DNA of 64,000 nt, from NCBI GenBank assembly GCA_965205485.1, contig OZ242180.1:3904001-3968000 (forward strand). Direction: 5' to 3'. How positions within the stretch are numbered: the first letter of the stretch is position 1; each line of letters opens with the position of its first letter. Made by a program: the position numbers and the translations under genes. Shown one piece after another: positions 38,026 through 47,809 of the stretch. The notes below the pieces were generated by a model. It was not told the origin of the DNA and searched no databases. It saw only the letters and a program-made list of their open reading frames with translations. Origin of the DNA: Candidatus Latescibacterota bacterium (GTDB lineage Bacteria; Latescibacterota; UBA2968; GCA-2709665).

Positions 38026-40545
38026 ATGTCACAAGATTGGAGCGTAAAGCGTATGTCGGACCTGTTTCAAACGCTGGACCTGGACCCATGGTATAATTGC
38101 GGGACGGAGAATGTGGAGACCACGGACGGGTACCTGTGGCCGGCCGCGCACGGATCGCCGGGTTTGAGCGGGCTGCACCGGCTCCCGGGGGGAAGCTGCC
38201 GGTTTTGGGGGGTTCCGTTCGCCCTTGCCGACCGCGTGGAGAATTCCCGCCAGCCGGCATTCATCGTGGTTTCGGGTCGGGCAGGCGTGAATGGCGCCGG
38301 ATCAGTAACTATAGATGTCGGCCGGAAGGCGCGCCGGGTGTTGTTCGCCCACGTCTGTACGCCGGTCCGCGGCGCGGATGCGAGCCTTGAAGGGACCGGA
38401 GAAGTCGTGGGTAGGTACCGGATCGGCTACGATTCCGGAACTGAGGTGGACCAGGAATTGAGACGGCGCTTCGAGATTCACGACCTGTTCGTGCCGTGGG
38501 GGCACCATCCCTTTCTCTGCCGGAATTGCCGCGAGTTTCTCCCGGTGGGTCTGGACGACCGGAGCGTGCCGTATGGCGCGGCACAGGTTGGCGTAAGATC
38601 GGAAAGCAGCGATCTGTCGGGCTGGTGGCTTTTCGACTGGGTCAATCCGCATCCGGGAAAGACCATCGGGAAAATCGAGGTGTCGGCGTCCGGAGGGGCT
38701 GCAGTCGCTCTGGGCGGCATCACGCTCTGCCGCGAGGAGCGGGACCCGCTTGCCTGGCATCCGCGCAGCGAGGTGGCGGTTTCGACAGAAGGCGGAGAGG
38801 AGGTCGCGGTCGATATGGATCGCGGCGTGATCGTGCGGCAGGACCGGCTCTACGTGCCCGGCGCGGATTTCCTTGAAACGGATGAGGCTGGGTGGGGGTC
38901 AGGCGGACAGGCTGTTCAGGAGGGGCGGTATCTGGAGGTCCACGGCTCGCGGGAGGGGCGGCTGAACGTCCGGTGCGGAGAATCGAACGAGGCGTTCCGC
39001 TGGGGAGACGTTCTGGACGAAAAGACCGTGACGAGCGGCGCGACGCGGGTGTCGCTGGTTGCGCCCGCGGGACGGCAGTGGATGCATGTCAGGGTGAACG
39101 ACGCCGCCATCGGCAGGCCGGTCGGATGCCGGATACACTTCCGGTCGCCTCACGGCGCCTATTTCGCGCCGCACGGCCACCAGGCTGATGTCAATACAGC
39201 GTGGTTCGAGGATATGGGCGGCGACTGCAAGGTGCGCGGCACGCCTTACGCCTACATTGACGGTACCTGCCAGGTGGAACTTCCGGTAGGGCCGGTCTAC
39301 GTGGAGGTGGCGCGCGGATTCGAGTATGTGCCCGTGCGGAGGCTGTTGGAGATCAAGCCGGGTCAGCGCGATCTCTCTGTGGACATTGAACGCGCATTCA
39401 ACATGAAAGACCGGGGATTCTATTCCGGCGACACCCACGTGCATTTCCTGTCGTCGCAGTCCTCCCATCTTGAAGCCGCCGGGGAAGACCTCAACGTCGT
39501 GAACCTTCTGGCCAGTCAGTGGGGCCGTCTGTTCACGAGCTGGGAGGAGTTTACGGGCGGCCTGTCGCCAACGAGCAGCGAGTTCCACAAGATCTGGGTG
39601 AGTCAGGAAAACCGTCAGCACGTGCTGGGGCACATCAGTCTGCTGGGTCTGAAAGAAATGGTTGCGCCGATGTGTACCGGCGGCCCGCAGGAGGACTGGA
39701 TCGGCGGCGAGATTCAGGTCCTCATGGCGGATTGGGCCGAAGCCTGCCGGAAGCAGGGGGGACTGGTGATCATGCCGCATATGCCCACGCCCGATTTCGA
39801 GAATGCCGCCAATATCCTGCTGGGCCAGGCCGACGCCGCGGAAATGTGCTGGATCTGGCACGGCGAACGGATCGGCGCCGGAGAGCGCGGGTACTACCGG
39901 TGGCTGAATGCGGGGCAGAAACTACCGATCGTCGGCGGAACGGATAAGATGTCGAACGAGCGCATTCTGGGGGGTTCGCGCACCTATGCTAAACTCGAAC
40001 GCGGAGAAGAGTTTACATATGAAAATTGGTGTAACGCTGTAAAACGCGGCACGACGTTCGCCAGCACCGGGGCGATGATCGATCTGTGCGTCGACGGAAC
40101 GCCGATGGGCGGGGAGATCTCACTATCGGGAAACGGCGGGACGGTGGAGGTTGTCGCTGAAGCCGAAAGCGTGTGGCCGTTGACCGCCGTGGAACTGATC
40201 GTGAACGGGAAACGTGCTGCCAGACAGACGGCGGCCGGGGACCGAAGGGCGGTTACACTGAAGCAGGCGTTGAAATTGGAAAAGTCATGCTGGGTGGCTG
40301 CCCGCTGCTGGGGTGAGTACGCCACGGACGCCGGTCCGGTTATGGCACATTCGTCGCCTGTCTACATCGACGTGGGCAATCGATGCGCGTTCGAGTCCGC
40401 CGACTGCGAATATCTGTTGACCCATATGGAGGGAGGCATCGCATGGGCGGAGAAGATCGGCGTGTTCCGCGACGAGAATACGCGCGCGCGGCTGATCGCG
40501 CTGTTTCGCCGGGCACAGGACGAGTTGAGCCGGCGGGCGCGCTAG
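38026..40545 (+). CDS. CehA/McbA-family PHP-fold metallohydrolase (paralog 2)
   Basis: colinear with 33040-35556: RIHFRSP, YAYIDG, RGFEY, GDTHVHF, ENRQH, GGTDKMS, AHSSPVY. Confidence 0.75.
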   Translation: MSQDWSVKRMSDLFQTLDLDPWYNCGTENVETTDGYLWPAAHGSPGLSGLHRLPGGSCRFWGVPFALADRVENSRQPAFIVVSGRAGVNGAGSVTIDVGRKARRVLFAHVCTPVRGADASLEGTGEVVGRYRIGYDSGTEVDQELRRRFEIHDLFVPWGHHPFLCRNCREFLPVGLDDRSVPYGAAQVGVRSESSDLSGWWLFDWVNPHPGKTIGKIEVSASGGAAVALGGITLCREERDPLAWHPRSEVAVSTEGGEEVAVDMDRGVIVRQDRLYVPGADFLETDEAGWGSGGQAVQEGRYLEVHGSREGRLNVRCGESNEAFRWGDVLDEKTVTSGATRVSLVAPAGRQWMHVRVNDAAIGRPVGCRIHFRSPHGAYFAPHGHQADVNTAWFEDMGGDCKVRGTPYAYIDGTCQVELPVGPVYVEVARGFEYVPVRRLLEIKPGQRDLSVDIERAFNMKDRGFYSGDTHVHFLSSQSSHLEAAGEDLNVVNLLASQWGRLFTSWEEFTGGLSPTSSEFHKIWVSQENRQHVLGHISLLGLKEMVAPMCTGGPQEDWIGGEIQVLMADWAEACRKQGGLVIMPHMPTPDFENAANILLGQADAAEMCWIWHGERIGAGERGYYRWLNAGQKLPIVGGTDKMSNERILGGSRTYAKLERGEEFTYENWCNAVKRGTTFASTGAMIDLCVDGTPMGGEISLSGNGGTVEVVAEAESVWPLTAVELIVNGKRAARQTAAGDRRAVTLKQALKLEKSCWVAARCWGEYATDAGPVMAHSSPVYIDVGNRCAFESADCEYLLTHMEGGIAWAEKIGVFRDENTRARLIALFRRAQDELSRRAR

Positions 40546-40585
40546 TCTCCCTTCGCCGTAACGTCACGCAGAGTCAGGGGGAGCC

Positions 40586-41392
40586 ATGAGATTCAAGCTG
40601 GGATACTGCACGCTCAGATGGCAGGAGCCGGACCTGGAACCGGCGCTGGAGGAGTTGAACGAGGCCGGATGGGACGGCTGGGAGGGAAGGATGTCCGCGG
40701 ACTGGCTGGGGCCGCCCTCCCGGTTGCGGAGGGTGTGCGGGAACGCCGGATTGCCGATGGCCGTCTACACCGCCAGTGGATCGCCGGATGTTCGGGATTG
40801 GGCGCACGTGGAGCGCAACCGGCGCCGCATGGATTACGCCGCCGAGGTGGGGGCCGACTGCTTTATGTTCATGAGCGGCGGCAAACCGGCGGGCCGGCAG
40901 GTGAACGAGGATGACCTGACCGCTGCCGCCGAGGGCGCTGAAGCGTGGGCGGAATACGCGGAAACGCTCGGGCTGGAGATCAGCTACCACATTCACACCA
41001 ATACGCTGGTGGACTCAGCGGCCGACTGGAAGTTCTACACCGCGCGGCTGCGCAAGGCGAAGCTCTGTATCGACGTGTCGCATGCCAGGCTCTGGGGCTA
41101 TAATCCGGCGGACTCGATTCGTGATTTCAGAAGCCGGTTGAACTACATGCACCTCCAGGATTACACGTCCTGCTCACGGGATGAAAGCGGGCGATACGAT
41201 CCCGTCTGGTGCGACGTCGGGGAAGGGACGGACCTGGATTTCGGCTCGATTCGAAGCGCGCTGGTGGAGATTGGCTTTTCACGCTGGGTAACCAGCTGTC
41301 CGGGAAACCCGGTACCGGGGGCCGAAGACCCCGTCAGCGAAGCCAGGCGAAGCCGGAAGACATACGCGTTCCTGCGGCGAATCGGATATTGA
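40586..41392 (+). CDS. sugar phosphate isomerase/epimerase (xylose isomerase-like TIM barrel, IolE-like)
   Basis: GWDGWE, SYHIH, IDVSH, YMHLQD, VGEG.DLDF. Confidence 0.8.
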   Translation: MRFKLGYCTLRWQEPDLEPALEELNEAGWDGWEGRMSADWLGPPSRLRRVCGNAGLPMAVYTASGSPDVRDWAHVERNRRRMDYAAEVGADCFMFMSGGKPAGRQVNEDDLTAAAEGAEAWAEYAETLGLEISYHIHTNTLVDSAADWKFYTARLRKAKLCIDVSHARLWGYNPADSIRDFRSRLNYMHLQDYTSCSRDESGRYDPVWCDVGEGTDLDFGSIRSALVEIGFSRWVTSCPGNPVPGAEDPVSEARRSRKTYAFLRRIGY

Positions 41393-41439
41393 TTCCGGAA
41401 CGCCGGCCTGAGCCGGCATCCGCGCACTAAAGCACAGGT

Positions 41440-41493
41440 TGCCATTTTGGCATACTGTGTCGATTTGGCGGTACAAGATATGCCAAAATGGCA
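41440..41493. repeat. 15-bp perfect inverted repeat with self-palindromic arms
   Basis: TGCCATTTTGGCATA-24 nt-TATGCCAAAATGGCA. Confidence 0.85.
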
Positions 41494-41534
41494 TATCTAT
41501 TCTTTCCTTGAATTCAAACAAACAAATCGCAGAG

Positions 41535-41585
41535 ACGGAAAGAGCAGGGCGCCCGGGAAACCCCAGGGCGCCCTGCTCTTTCCGT
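41535..41585. terminator. bidirectional terminator-like hairpin between convergent genes
   Basis: 20-bp perfect stem ACGGAAAGAGCAGGGCGCCC / GGGCGCCCTGCTCTTTCCGT. Confidence 0.75.
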
Positions 41586-41591
41586 ATTCCA

Positions 41592-42425
41592 CTACGACTC
41601 GGGGTCCATCCACGGCGTCCAGTTGCCCAGGGACAGGGCGCCGTCGGCGACAATCGTCGAACCCGTGATGTAAGCCGCGGCGGGAGAACAAAGGAACAGC
41701 GTGATCGCCGCAATCTCGTCGGGATCCGCGAACCGGCCTGCAGGAACGTCGCGGAGCGCCATTGACTCGAAGTCTTCACTCTGAAGTGGTTTGAATTCGT
41801 GCTCCCGGAGGCCCGAGGTGTCCACAAAGCCCGGAGCGAGGGCGTTTATCCGCACGTGTTTTCCGGCGTAGTGGAAGCCCAGGGTTTTGGTCAGGTTGAC
41901 CACGCCCGCCCGAGCGGCCCCGGAATGGGCGAAGGGCGGCGCGCCCCGTTCGAGCGCATAGATGTGTACGATGTTGACGATGGATCCGTAACCGCTTGCG
42001 GCCATTATGGGTCCGAGGCGGCTGCACATGTTCCAGGTGCCGTTCAGGTTGAGATCGACAACCGCCCGCCATCCCCCGTCGGTGATCTCCTGCGGACGCG
42101 CCGGGAACTGGCCGCCCGCGTTGTTGACCAGGAATTCGATGGCATCGAATTCTGACAGGGCCTTCGAGACGAGATCCTCAACCTGTTCCACCTCCCGGAT
42201 ATTGACGGGCAGGGCCAGGCAGCGGGCGCCGATGTCCGCAATTTCCCGGGCCGCTGACGCGAGCGTTTCGGAATGGCGGCCGGCGATCACAACCTGTGCG
42301 CCCAGCCGCGCGAAAGCCAGGGCGATCCGTTTGCCGATGCCCCGTCCGCCGCCGGTTACGAGAGCGGTTTTCCCGGTGAAGAGGCCGGGTGCGAATACCG
42401 TAAGGGCTTCAGAGTCGGGTTTCAT
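41592..42425 (-). CDS. SDR oxidoreductase (enoyl/dienoyl-CoA reductase-like)
   Basis: TGGGRGIG, NNAGGQF, HSGAARAG, RINALAPG, YITG. Confidence 0.88.
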   Translation of the reverse strand: MKPDSEALTVFAPGLFTGKTALVTGGGRGIGKRIALAFARLGAQVVIAGRHSETLASAAREIADIGARCLALPVNIREVEQVEDLVSKALSEFDAIEFLVNNAGGQFPARPQEITDGGWRAVVDLNLNGTWNMCSRLGPIMAASGYGSIVNIVHIYALERGAPPFAHSGAARAGVVNLTKTLGFHYAGKHVRINALAPGFVDTSGLREHEFKPLQSEDFESMALRDVPAGRFADPDEIAAITLFLCSPAAAYITGSTIVADGALSLGNWTPWMDPES

Positions 42426-42579
42426 CCGGCGTTCCTCCGGACGGAATGAAAGATGGGATGTGGGCGATCCGCAAGATACGCGATGATTGAGACAAATCCA
42501 ACGTCAAGTGCAATCTCCCGGCAAGTTGTCGCCATTCTTCCGCCGATTCATCCCGTCTCGCTGCGCTGTTTGCGCTGAG

Positions 42580-42784
42580 CATTTCGATACGTGGTCATTG
42601 AGCATGCTTGCATTGAGCTTGTCGAAATGACCGTGTTTCGTAACCTGTCTGGCGTTCTTCTACGTCATTCGCCGACCCTTCGACCCTTCGACAGGCTCAG
42701 GGACCACAAGCTCAGGGAGCGGCGCAGTTCGCGGGCACAGGTTCCTGAGCGTTGCCCTGAGACTGTCGACCGGCCTGACGAAGG
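42580..42784. repeat. cluster of REP-like palindromic elements, partly nested
   Basis: CCCTTCGACAGGCTCAGGG and inverted CCCTGAGACTGTCGA arms; CATTTCGA..TCGAAATG. Confidence 0.7.
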
Positions 42785-42911
42785 ATGCGGCGCAGGGCCG
42801 CCTCGCCGTTAGACGGTTCCGGGTGCGTGAACCCGTCTGGTGCCCACGCTGTCGAACGTTTTGACGTGCTGATCAATCGCATTTATTCTACATCAACAAT
42901 TCGTTGTCATT

Positions 42912-42928
42912 CTGGCACGAACATTGCA
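42912..42928 (+). promoter_or_regulatory. sigma54 (-24/-12) promoter of clpB
   Basis: CTGGCACGAACATTGCA matches YTGGCACG-N4-TTGCW. Confidence 0.75.
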
Positions 42929-43077
42929 AGGGGTTTTTGTTGGCGACGTGCCTGCGATGCGCCGCAACAGGACGAATTGAGGAAATCAGTCGCCAGGCGG
43001 CGATCGGGGACGGGTACCTGACATATTTCGGAGGGTGTGGCGTTGGGATCCGCATCAAAGAGAATAGGAGGCCCATA

Positions 43078-45708
43078 ATGGACGTGAACAGACTGACACA
43101 GAAATCGCAGGAGGCGCTTCGGGACGCGCAGGCGCGGGCTTCGGGGTACGGGCACCCGGAGTTGGACGGGGAACACCTGCTCCTGGCGCTGCTGGAGCTA
43201 CCCGACGGCCTGTTCCCGCGTATTCTGGCGCGGATGGAAATCGATGTCGATAACCTGAAAACGGCCGTGGAGAGCGAACTTGCCCGACGACCCCGGCAGA
43301 CCGGCGGTAGCCACGATCCCGGCCGGATGTTCGTGACGCCGCGCCTCCGGAAGATGCTTCAGAGGGCCGAAGCAGAGGCGGGGCGGATGCAGGACGAATA
43401 CGTATCCGTGGAACACCTGGGGCTGGCGCTGCTGGGCGAAGGGCCGGATACCGCGGCCGGTCGGATCCTGCAGGAGTTCGACGTCGCGAAGGAGGCGTTC
43501 CTTGCCGCGTTGACCCGCGTAAGGGGCAATCAGCGCGTGACGAGCCCCGAACCGGAGACCGCCTACGAAGTGCTGGAAAAGTACGGTGTGGACCTGGTCG
43601 CGCAGGCCCGGGACGGAAAGCTGGATCCGGTGATCGGCCGTGACGCGGAAATCGGAAGGGTCGTGCGCATCCTGTCCCGAAAGACGAAGAACAACCCGGT
43701 CCTGATCGGGGAGCCCGGCGTCGGAAAGACCGCCGTCGTGGAAGGACTCGCCCAGCGGATCGTGAAACGTGACGTGCCCGAGTGGATGGTGGAGCGTACT
43801 GTGTTTTCGCTCGACATGGGCGCCTTGTTGGCAGGCGCGAAATTCCGCGGCGAGTTCGAGGAGCGTCTGAAGGCGGTCCTTAACGAGATTGCGCAGAGCG
43901 AGGGCCGCATTCTGCTGTTTATCGACGAGGTCCACAATATCGTCGGCGCCGGACGTACGGAAGGGTCCGCGGACGCGGGAAACATGCTCAAACCGATGCT
44001 GGCACGGGGGGAACTGCACTGCATCGGTGCGACGACGCTGGATGAATACCGGAAATACATCGAGAAAGACGCCGCCCTGGAGCGGCGGTTTCAACCCGTG
44101 ACGGTGGATGCGCCATCGGTGGAGGATACCGTTTCGATTCTCAGGGGGCTTCGCGAAAGGTACGAGTTGCACCACGGGGTGCGAATTCAGGACAACGCCC
44201 TGGTCAATGCCGCGGTGCTCTCCAACCGGTACGTATCGGACCGGTTTCTGCCCGACAAGGCGATCGACGTCGTCGACGAAGCCTGCGCAATGATCCGCAC
44301 CGAGATCGACTCCATGCCGGCGGGGCTGGACGAGGTCACCCGCAGGGTGATGAGACTTGAAATCGAGGAAGCGGCGCTGAGACAGGAGTCGGATCGAGGC
44401 AGCGCGCAGCGGCTCGAAGGCCTTCGCAAGGAGCTGGCCGACCTGAAGTCGCAAGCCGGCGCGATGCGGGCCCAGTGGGAATCCGAGAAGAAGGTGATCG
44501 ACACGGTTCGTAACCTTCGGGAACAGATCGAGGCTGTGCGTCGAGAAATCGACGACGCGGAACGGAAGTACGACCTGAACCGGTTGGCGGAGTTGAGTCA
44601 CGGCCGCCTGCCCGGTCTTGAGCAGTTGCTGGAAGCGGAAGAGGCGAGGTCGCACGGGAACGGACGGCTGCTCCGGGAAGAGGTGACCGCGGACGAGATC
44701 GCGGAAATCGTCTCACGCTGGACCGGGATCCCGGTCACGCGTCTGGTTGAAGGCGAACGGGAAAAGCTCCTCCGCCTGGACGAAATCCTGCATGAACGCG
44801 TCGTGGGTCAGGACGAGGCCGTGTCGCTGGTGGCCGATGCCGTGATCCGGGCCCGGGCGGGGGTCAAGGACCCTCGGCGGCCGATCGGTTCATTCATCTT
44901 TCTGGGTCCCACGGGTGTCGGCAAGACCGAGTTGGCCAGGGCGCTGGCGGAGGTGTTGTTCGACTCCGAAGACAATATGGTCCGCATCGACATGAGCGAA
45001 TATATGGAGAGGCACTCGGTTTCCCGCCTGGTCGGTGCGCCTCCTGGGTACGTGGGGTACGAGGACGGAGGACAGTTGACCGAGGCAGTGCGCCGCAAGC
45101 CCTATTCGGTGATTCTCTTCGACGAGATCGAGAAGGCCCACCACGATGCGTTCAACGTGCTGCTGCAAATCCTCGACGACGGGCGGTTGACCGACGCTCG
45201 GGGGCGAACGGTCGACTTCAAGAACGCCGTGATCATCATGACGTCCAATATCGGCGCTTCCCACATCGTCGATCGCGTTGCGGAAAGCGGGGAGGTCCAC
45301 GACGAGGCCCGCAGGGCCGTCATGGCGGAAATGAGGCGGCATTTCCGGCCGGAGTTTCTCAATCGCGTCGACGACATTGTCCTTTTCAAGGGTTTGACGC
45401 AGGCTGAGATTGCGAAGATCGTGGATCTGTTGACCGCCGATCTCCGCGAGCGCCTTCGGGATCGGCGGATCGAGCTGGAAATCACCGATGCCGCACGGAA
45501 GTTTGCCGCTCGCGAAGGATTCGATCCGGTCTACGGCGCGCGCCCCCTGAAACGGTATTTGCAGCGTGAGCTGGAAACGCGAATCGGACGGGGCCTCATC
45601 GGCGGAGAAATCCCCGACGGGGCGCGGGTTCGTGTGGATCTGGAAGATGGCGAACTTGCGCTACGCCAGGAGAATTCCACACAGGAACCGGCGGCGGCGG
45701 GCGGATAG
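43078..45708 (+). CDS. clpB: ATP-dependent chaperone ClpB
   Basis: two AAA+ domains ([16 protein letters not shown]), middle coiled coil, [17 protein letters not shown] before ATG 43078. Confidence 0.97.
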   Translation: MDVNRLTQKSQEALRDAQARASGYGHPELDGEHLLLALLELPDGLFPRILARMEIDVDNLKTAVESELARRPRQTGGSHDPGRMFVTPRLRKMLQRAEAEAGRMQDEYVSVEHLGLALLGEGPDTAAGRILQEFDVAKEAFLAALTRVRGNQRVTSPEPETAYEVLEKYGVDLVAQARDGKLDPVIGRDAEIGRVVRILSRKTKNNPVLIGEPGVGKTAVVEGLAQRIVKRDVPEWMVERTVFSLDMGALLAGAKFRGEFEERLKAVLNEIAQSEGRILLFIDEVHNIVGAGRTEGSADAGNMLKPMLARGELHCIGATTLDEYRKYIEKDAALERRFQPVTVDAPSVEDTVSILRGLRERYELHHGVRIQDNALVNAAVLSNRYVSDRFLPDKAIDVVDEACAMIRTEIDSMPAGLDEVTRRVMRLEIEEAALRQESDRGSAQRLEGLRKELADLKSQAGAMRAQWESEKKVIDTVRNLREQIEAVRREIDDAERKYDLNRLAELSHGRLPGLEQLLEAEEARSHGNGRLLREEVTADEIAEIVSRWTGIPVTRLVEGEREKLLRLDEILHERVVGQDEAVSLVADAVIRARAGVKDPRRPIGSFIFLGPTGVGKTELARALAEVLFDSEDNMVRIDMSEYMERHSVSRLVGAPPGYVGYEDGGQLTEAVRRKPYSVILFDEIEKAHHDAFNVLLQILDDGRLTDARGRTVDFKNAVIIMTSNIGASHIVDRVAESGEVHDEARRAVMAEMRRHFRPEFLNRVDDIVLFKGLTQAEIAKIVDLLTADLRERLRDRRIELEITDAARKFAAREGFDPVYGARPLKRYLQRELETRIGRGLIGGEIPDGARVRVDLEDGELALRQENSTQEPAAAGG

Positions 45709-45729
45709 GCATTCTGCGCGGGCGGTTTC

Positions 45730-45762
45730 AGGCCCCTGTTTCCAATCTGGAAACAGGGGCCT
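45730..45762. repeat. 15-bp perfect hairpin downstream of clpB (terminator or REP-like)
   Basis: AGGCCCCTGTTTCCA-ATC-TGGAAACAGGGGCCT. Confidence 0.7.
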
Positions 45763-45911
45763 TTCCATTCTCTGTCCATTCGTTTGCGGGATACAGGCCG
45801 GCATGAATGGATGGCGAGAGAGAATTTCCTTGTGCCCAAAGTACGGAGATATATCTTCCGCTGCGGGGCGCGGGGCTGAAACCGACAGGAGAGGCGGGCG
45901 TCAAAGGAAGT

Positions 45912-45934
45912 GCCGGCAACCGGCCGTTTTTTTT
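45912..45934 (+). terminator. rho-independent terminator candidate
   Basis: GCCGG-CAA-CCGGC then CG and T8. Confidence 0.5.
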
Positions 45935-45985
45935 CGGCCGTGACGCAGTTCAGTTTCAATGGCTGACCGAACAGGATGGAGAGTA

Positions 45986-47740
45986 TTGATTCTCCTCAGA
46001 ACCGTCTTCGTCGTGGTCTTTTTCGTGTTTCCCGGCGCCCTGTCCGCGCAGGATCCGGATTCCGTCATTGTAGATGCGGTTGCAATCGAAGGCAATCGTA
46101 CGATTTCCGACAAAGATCTCAAGCTCCTGATGTTTACGCGGGCGAACCCCTGGTACGAGATTTTTCCGGGCGTAGACGTCCGGCAGTTCGATCCCGCGGT
46201 GTTTCGATCCGATGTCGAACGCATCCTGGCGCGTTACGAAGACCAGGGCTATTTTGAGGCTGTCGTGGACACGGTCGTCGACCGGTACCGCCCCGGTTTC
46301 GTACGCATCCGGCTACGCATAAGCGAAGGAGAGCCTGTCGTCGTCTCCAGCGTCCGGCTGAAGGTCCTGCCGGGAGATGCCTGGCAGGACAGCACGCGAC
46401 TGCAGGCAGCGTTGATCACAAGAACGGACCGTCCACTGACCCGGATGAGCCGGGAGTCGGATCTAAAGAAGATCGCGGAGATACTTCAGAACGATGGGCA
46501 CCCCTTTGCCAGGGCTGCCGCTGACGTGGCCGTGCTTGACAAACGCGCCGACGTGACGTATCGGGTGACCCCCGGTCCGAAATGCCGGTTTGGAAAGATA
46601 GAGATTTCGGGAAACAGAACGGTTTCGGACGATCTGATCCTGAGGGGCCTGACCTTCAGGACAGGAGAAGCCTACCGCAGGAAGGACCTCTCGAACAGCC
46701 GGCTTCAGCTTTACCGGTCGGAGGCGTTCCGTTCGGTATCGCTCGGCATACCGGACACGGTCGCCCGTGCGAGTCCCGTGGATGTGTCCGTTCTGGTGCG
46801 GGAACGACCGGCCAGGAGTCTGAAACTGGGCGCCGGTTTCGATACCGAAGAGCAGTTGAGGGGATTGTTGGCATGGCGGCACCGGAGTTTTCTGGGCGGT
46901 GGCGCGCGCCAGCTGACTGCCGAATCTTCTGCGTCGGCACTGGAGGCGCGAGCGAGGATTGCCGTCAGGCAGCCATATATACTCGGAAGCAGGACGTGGC
47001 TGGAGATGACCGGATTCGTGGAGCAGGAACGACCCGAGGAGATCCGTGTGAAGCGGGCAGGAGCAAGCGCGGCGCTGGAACGTACCTTCCGGGCGACTGG
47101 ACGCGTCGTCTTTCAGGTGAGGACCGAGGTTGTTGATTTTGATCCGGACAGCACGCGCACGACGCTTTCGTTAGAGTACCTGGAAGACCGGCGGGACGAT
47201 TATTTCGATCCGACGCGGGGCCTGTTGGCTGAACTCGCGGTGAAGGCGTCGGGTTATAGAGACTATTTCAAAGTGTCGGGCGAGTGTCGCTGGTACAGAA
47301 AGATCCTCTGGAAGAGCGTGCTGGCCTTCAGGGTATCGGGGGGGACGATTCTAAGTCGGAGGCACGCGGATTCGATCCCAAATTTCGAGCGCTTTTTCGC
47401 GGGCGGCGCCAGCAGTGTAAGAGGATGGAGACTCAACAGGCTTGGGCCGCGCGGTGCTTCCGACCTGCCGGTGGGCGGCCTGAGCCATCTGGAAGGAAGC
47501 GTCGAAGTTCGTACCCGTCTGTTTTCCGGCCTGGGAATGGCCGTATTCACGGATGCCGGCAACGTGATGAGCGACAGGCTTGGAGCCTTCGATCCAGGCC
47601 GTTTGCGTGTGGCCGTCGGCGTCGGATTGCGTTATCTGAACCCAATCTGCCCTGCGCGTCTCGACGTCGCGTTCCGACTCTCCGACGATCCCTCACAGCC
47701 AGACCGTCAGATCCATTTCAGCCTGGGTCAGGCATTTTGA
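45986..47740 (+). CDS. tamA: TamA/BamA (Omp85) family outer membrane protein
   Basis: signal peptide, POTRA repeats (IEGN, ISGN), FFAGGASSVRGW, C-terminal SLGQAF; TTG start inferred. Confidence 0.85.
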   Translation: MILLRTVFVVVFFVFPGALSAQDPDSVIVDAVAIEGNRTISDKDLKLLMFTRANPWYEIFPGVDVRQFDPAVFRSDVERILARYEDQGYFEAVVDTVVDRYRPGFVRIRLRISEGEPVVVSSVRLKVLPGDAWQDSTRLQAALITRTDRPLTRMSRESDLKKIAEILQNDGHPFARAAADVAVLDKRADVTYRVTPGPKCRFGKIEISGNRTVSDDLILRGLTFRTGEAYRRKDLSNSRLQLYRSEAFRSVSLGIPDTVARASPVDVSVLVRERPARSLKLGAGFDTEEQLRGLLAWRHRSFLGGGARQLTAESSASALEARARIAVRQPYILGSRTWLEMTGFVEQERPEEIRVKRAGASAALERTFRATGRVVFQVRTEVVDFDPDSTRTTLSLEYLEDRRDDYFDPTRGLLAELAVKASGYRDYFKVSGECRWYRKILWKSVLAFRVSGGTILSRRHADSIPNFERFFAGGASSVRGWRLNRLGPRGASDLPVGGLSHLEGSVEVRTRLFSGLGMAVFTDAGNVMSDRLGAFDPGRLRVAVGVGLRYLNPICPARLDVAFRLSDDPSQPDRQIHFSLGQAF

Positions 47741-47809
47741 GTTGTCGCGAGAGGCGGGAATGAGGCCATACGCGCGCTTGAAGCAACTGTCGTCACACGC
47801 CGATACAGC

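Noticed and set aside
42580..42784. CRISPR array
   Set aside because: Repeats are inverted or nested, with no regular spacers and no cas genes
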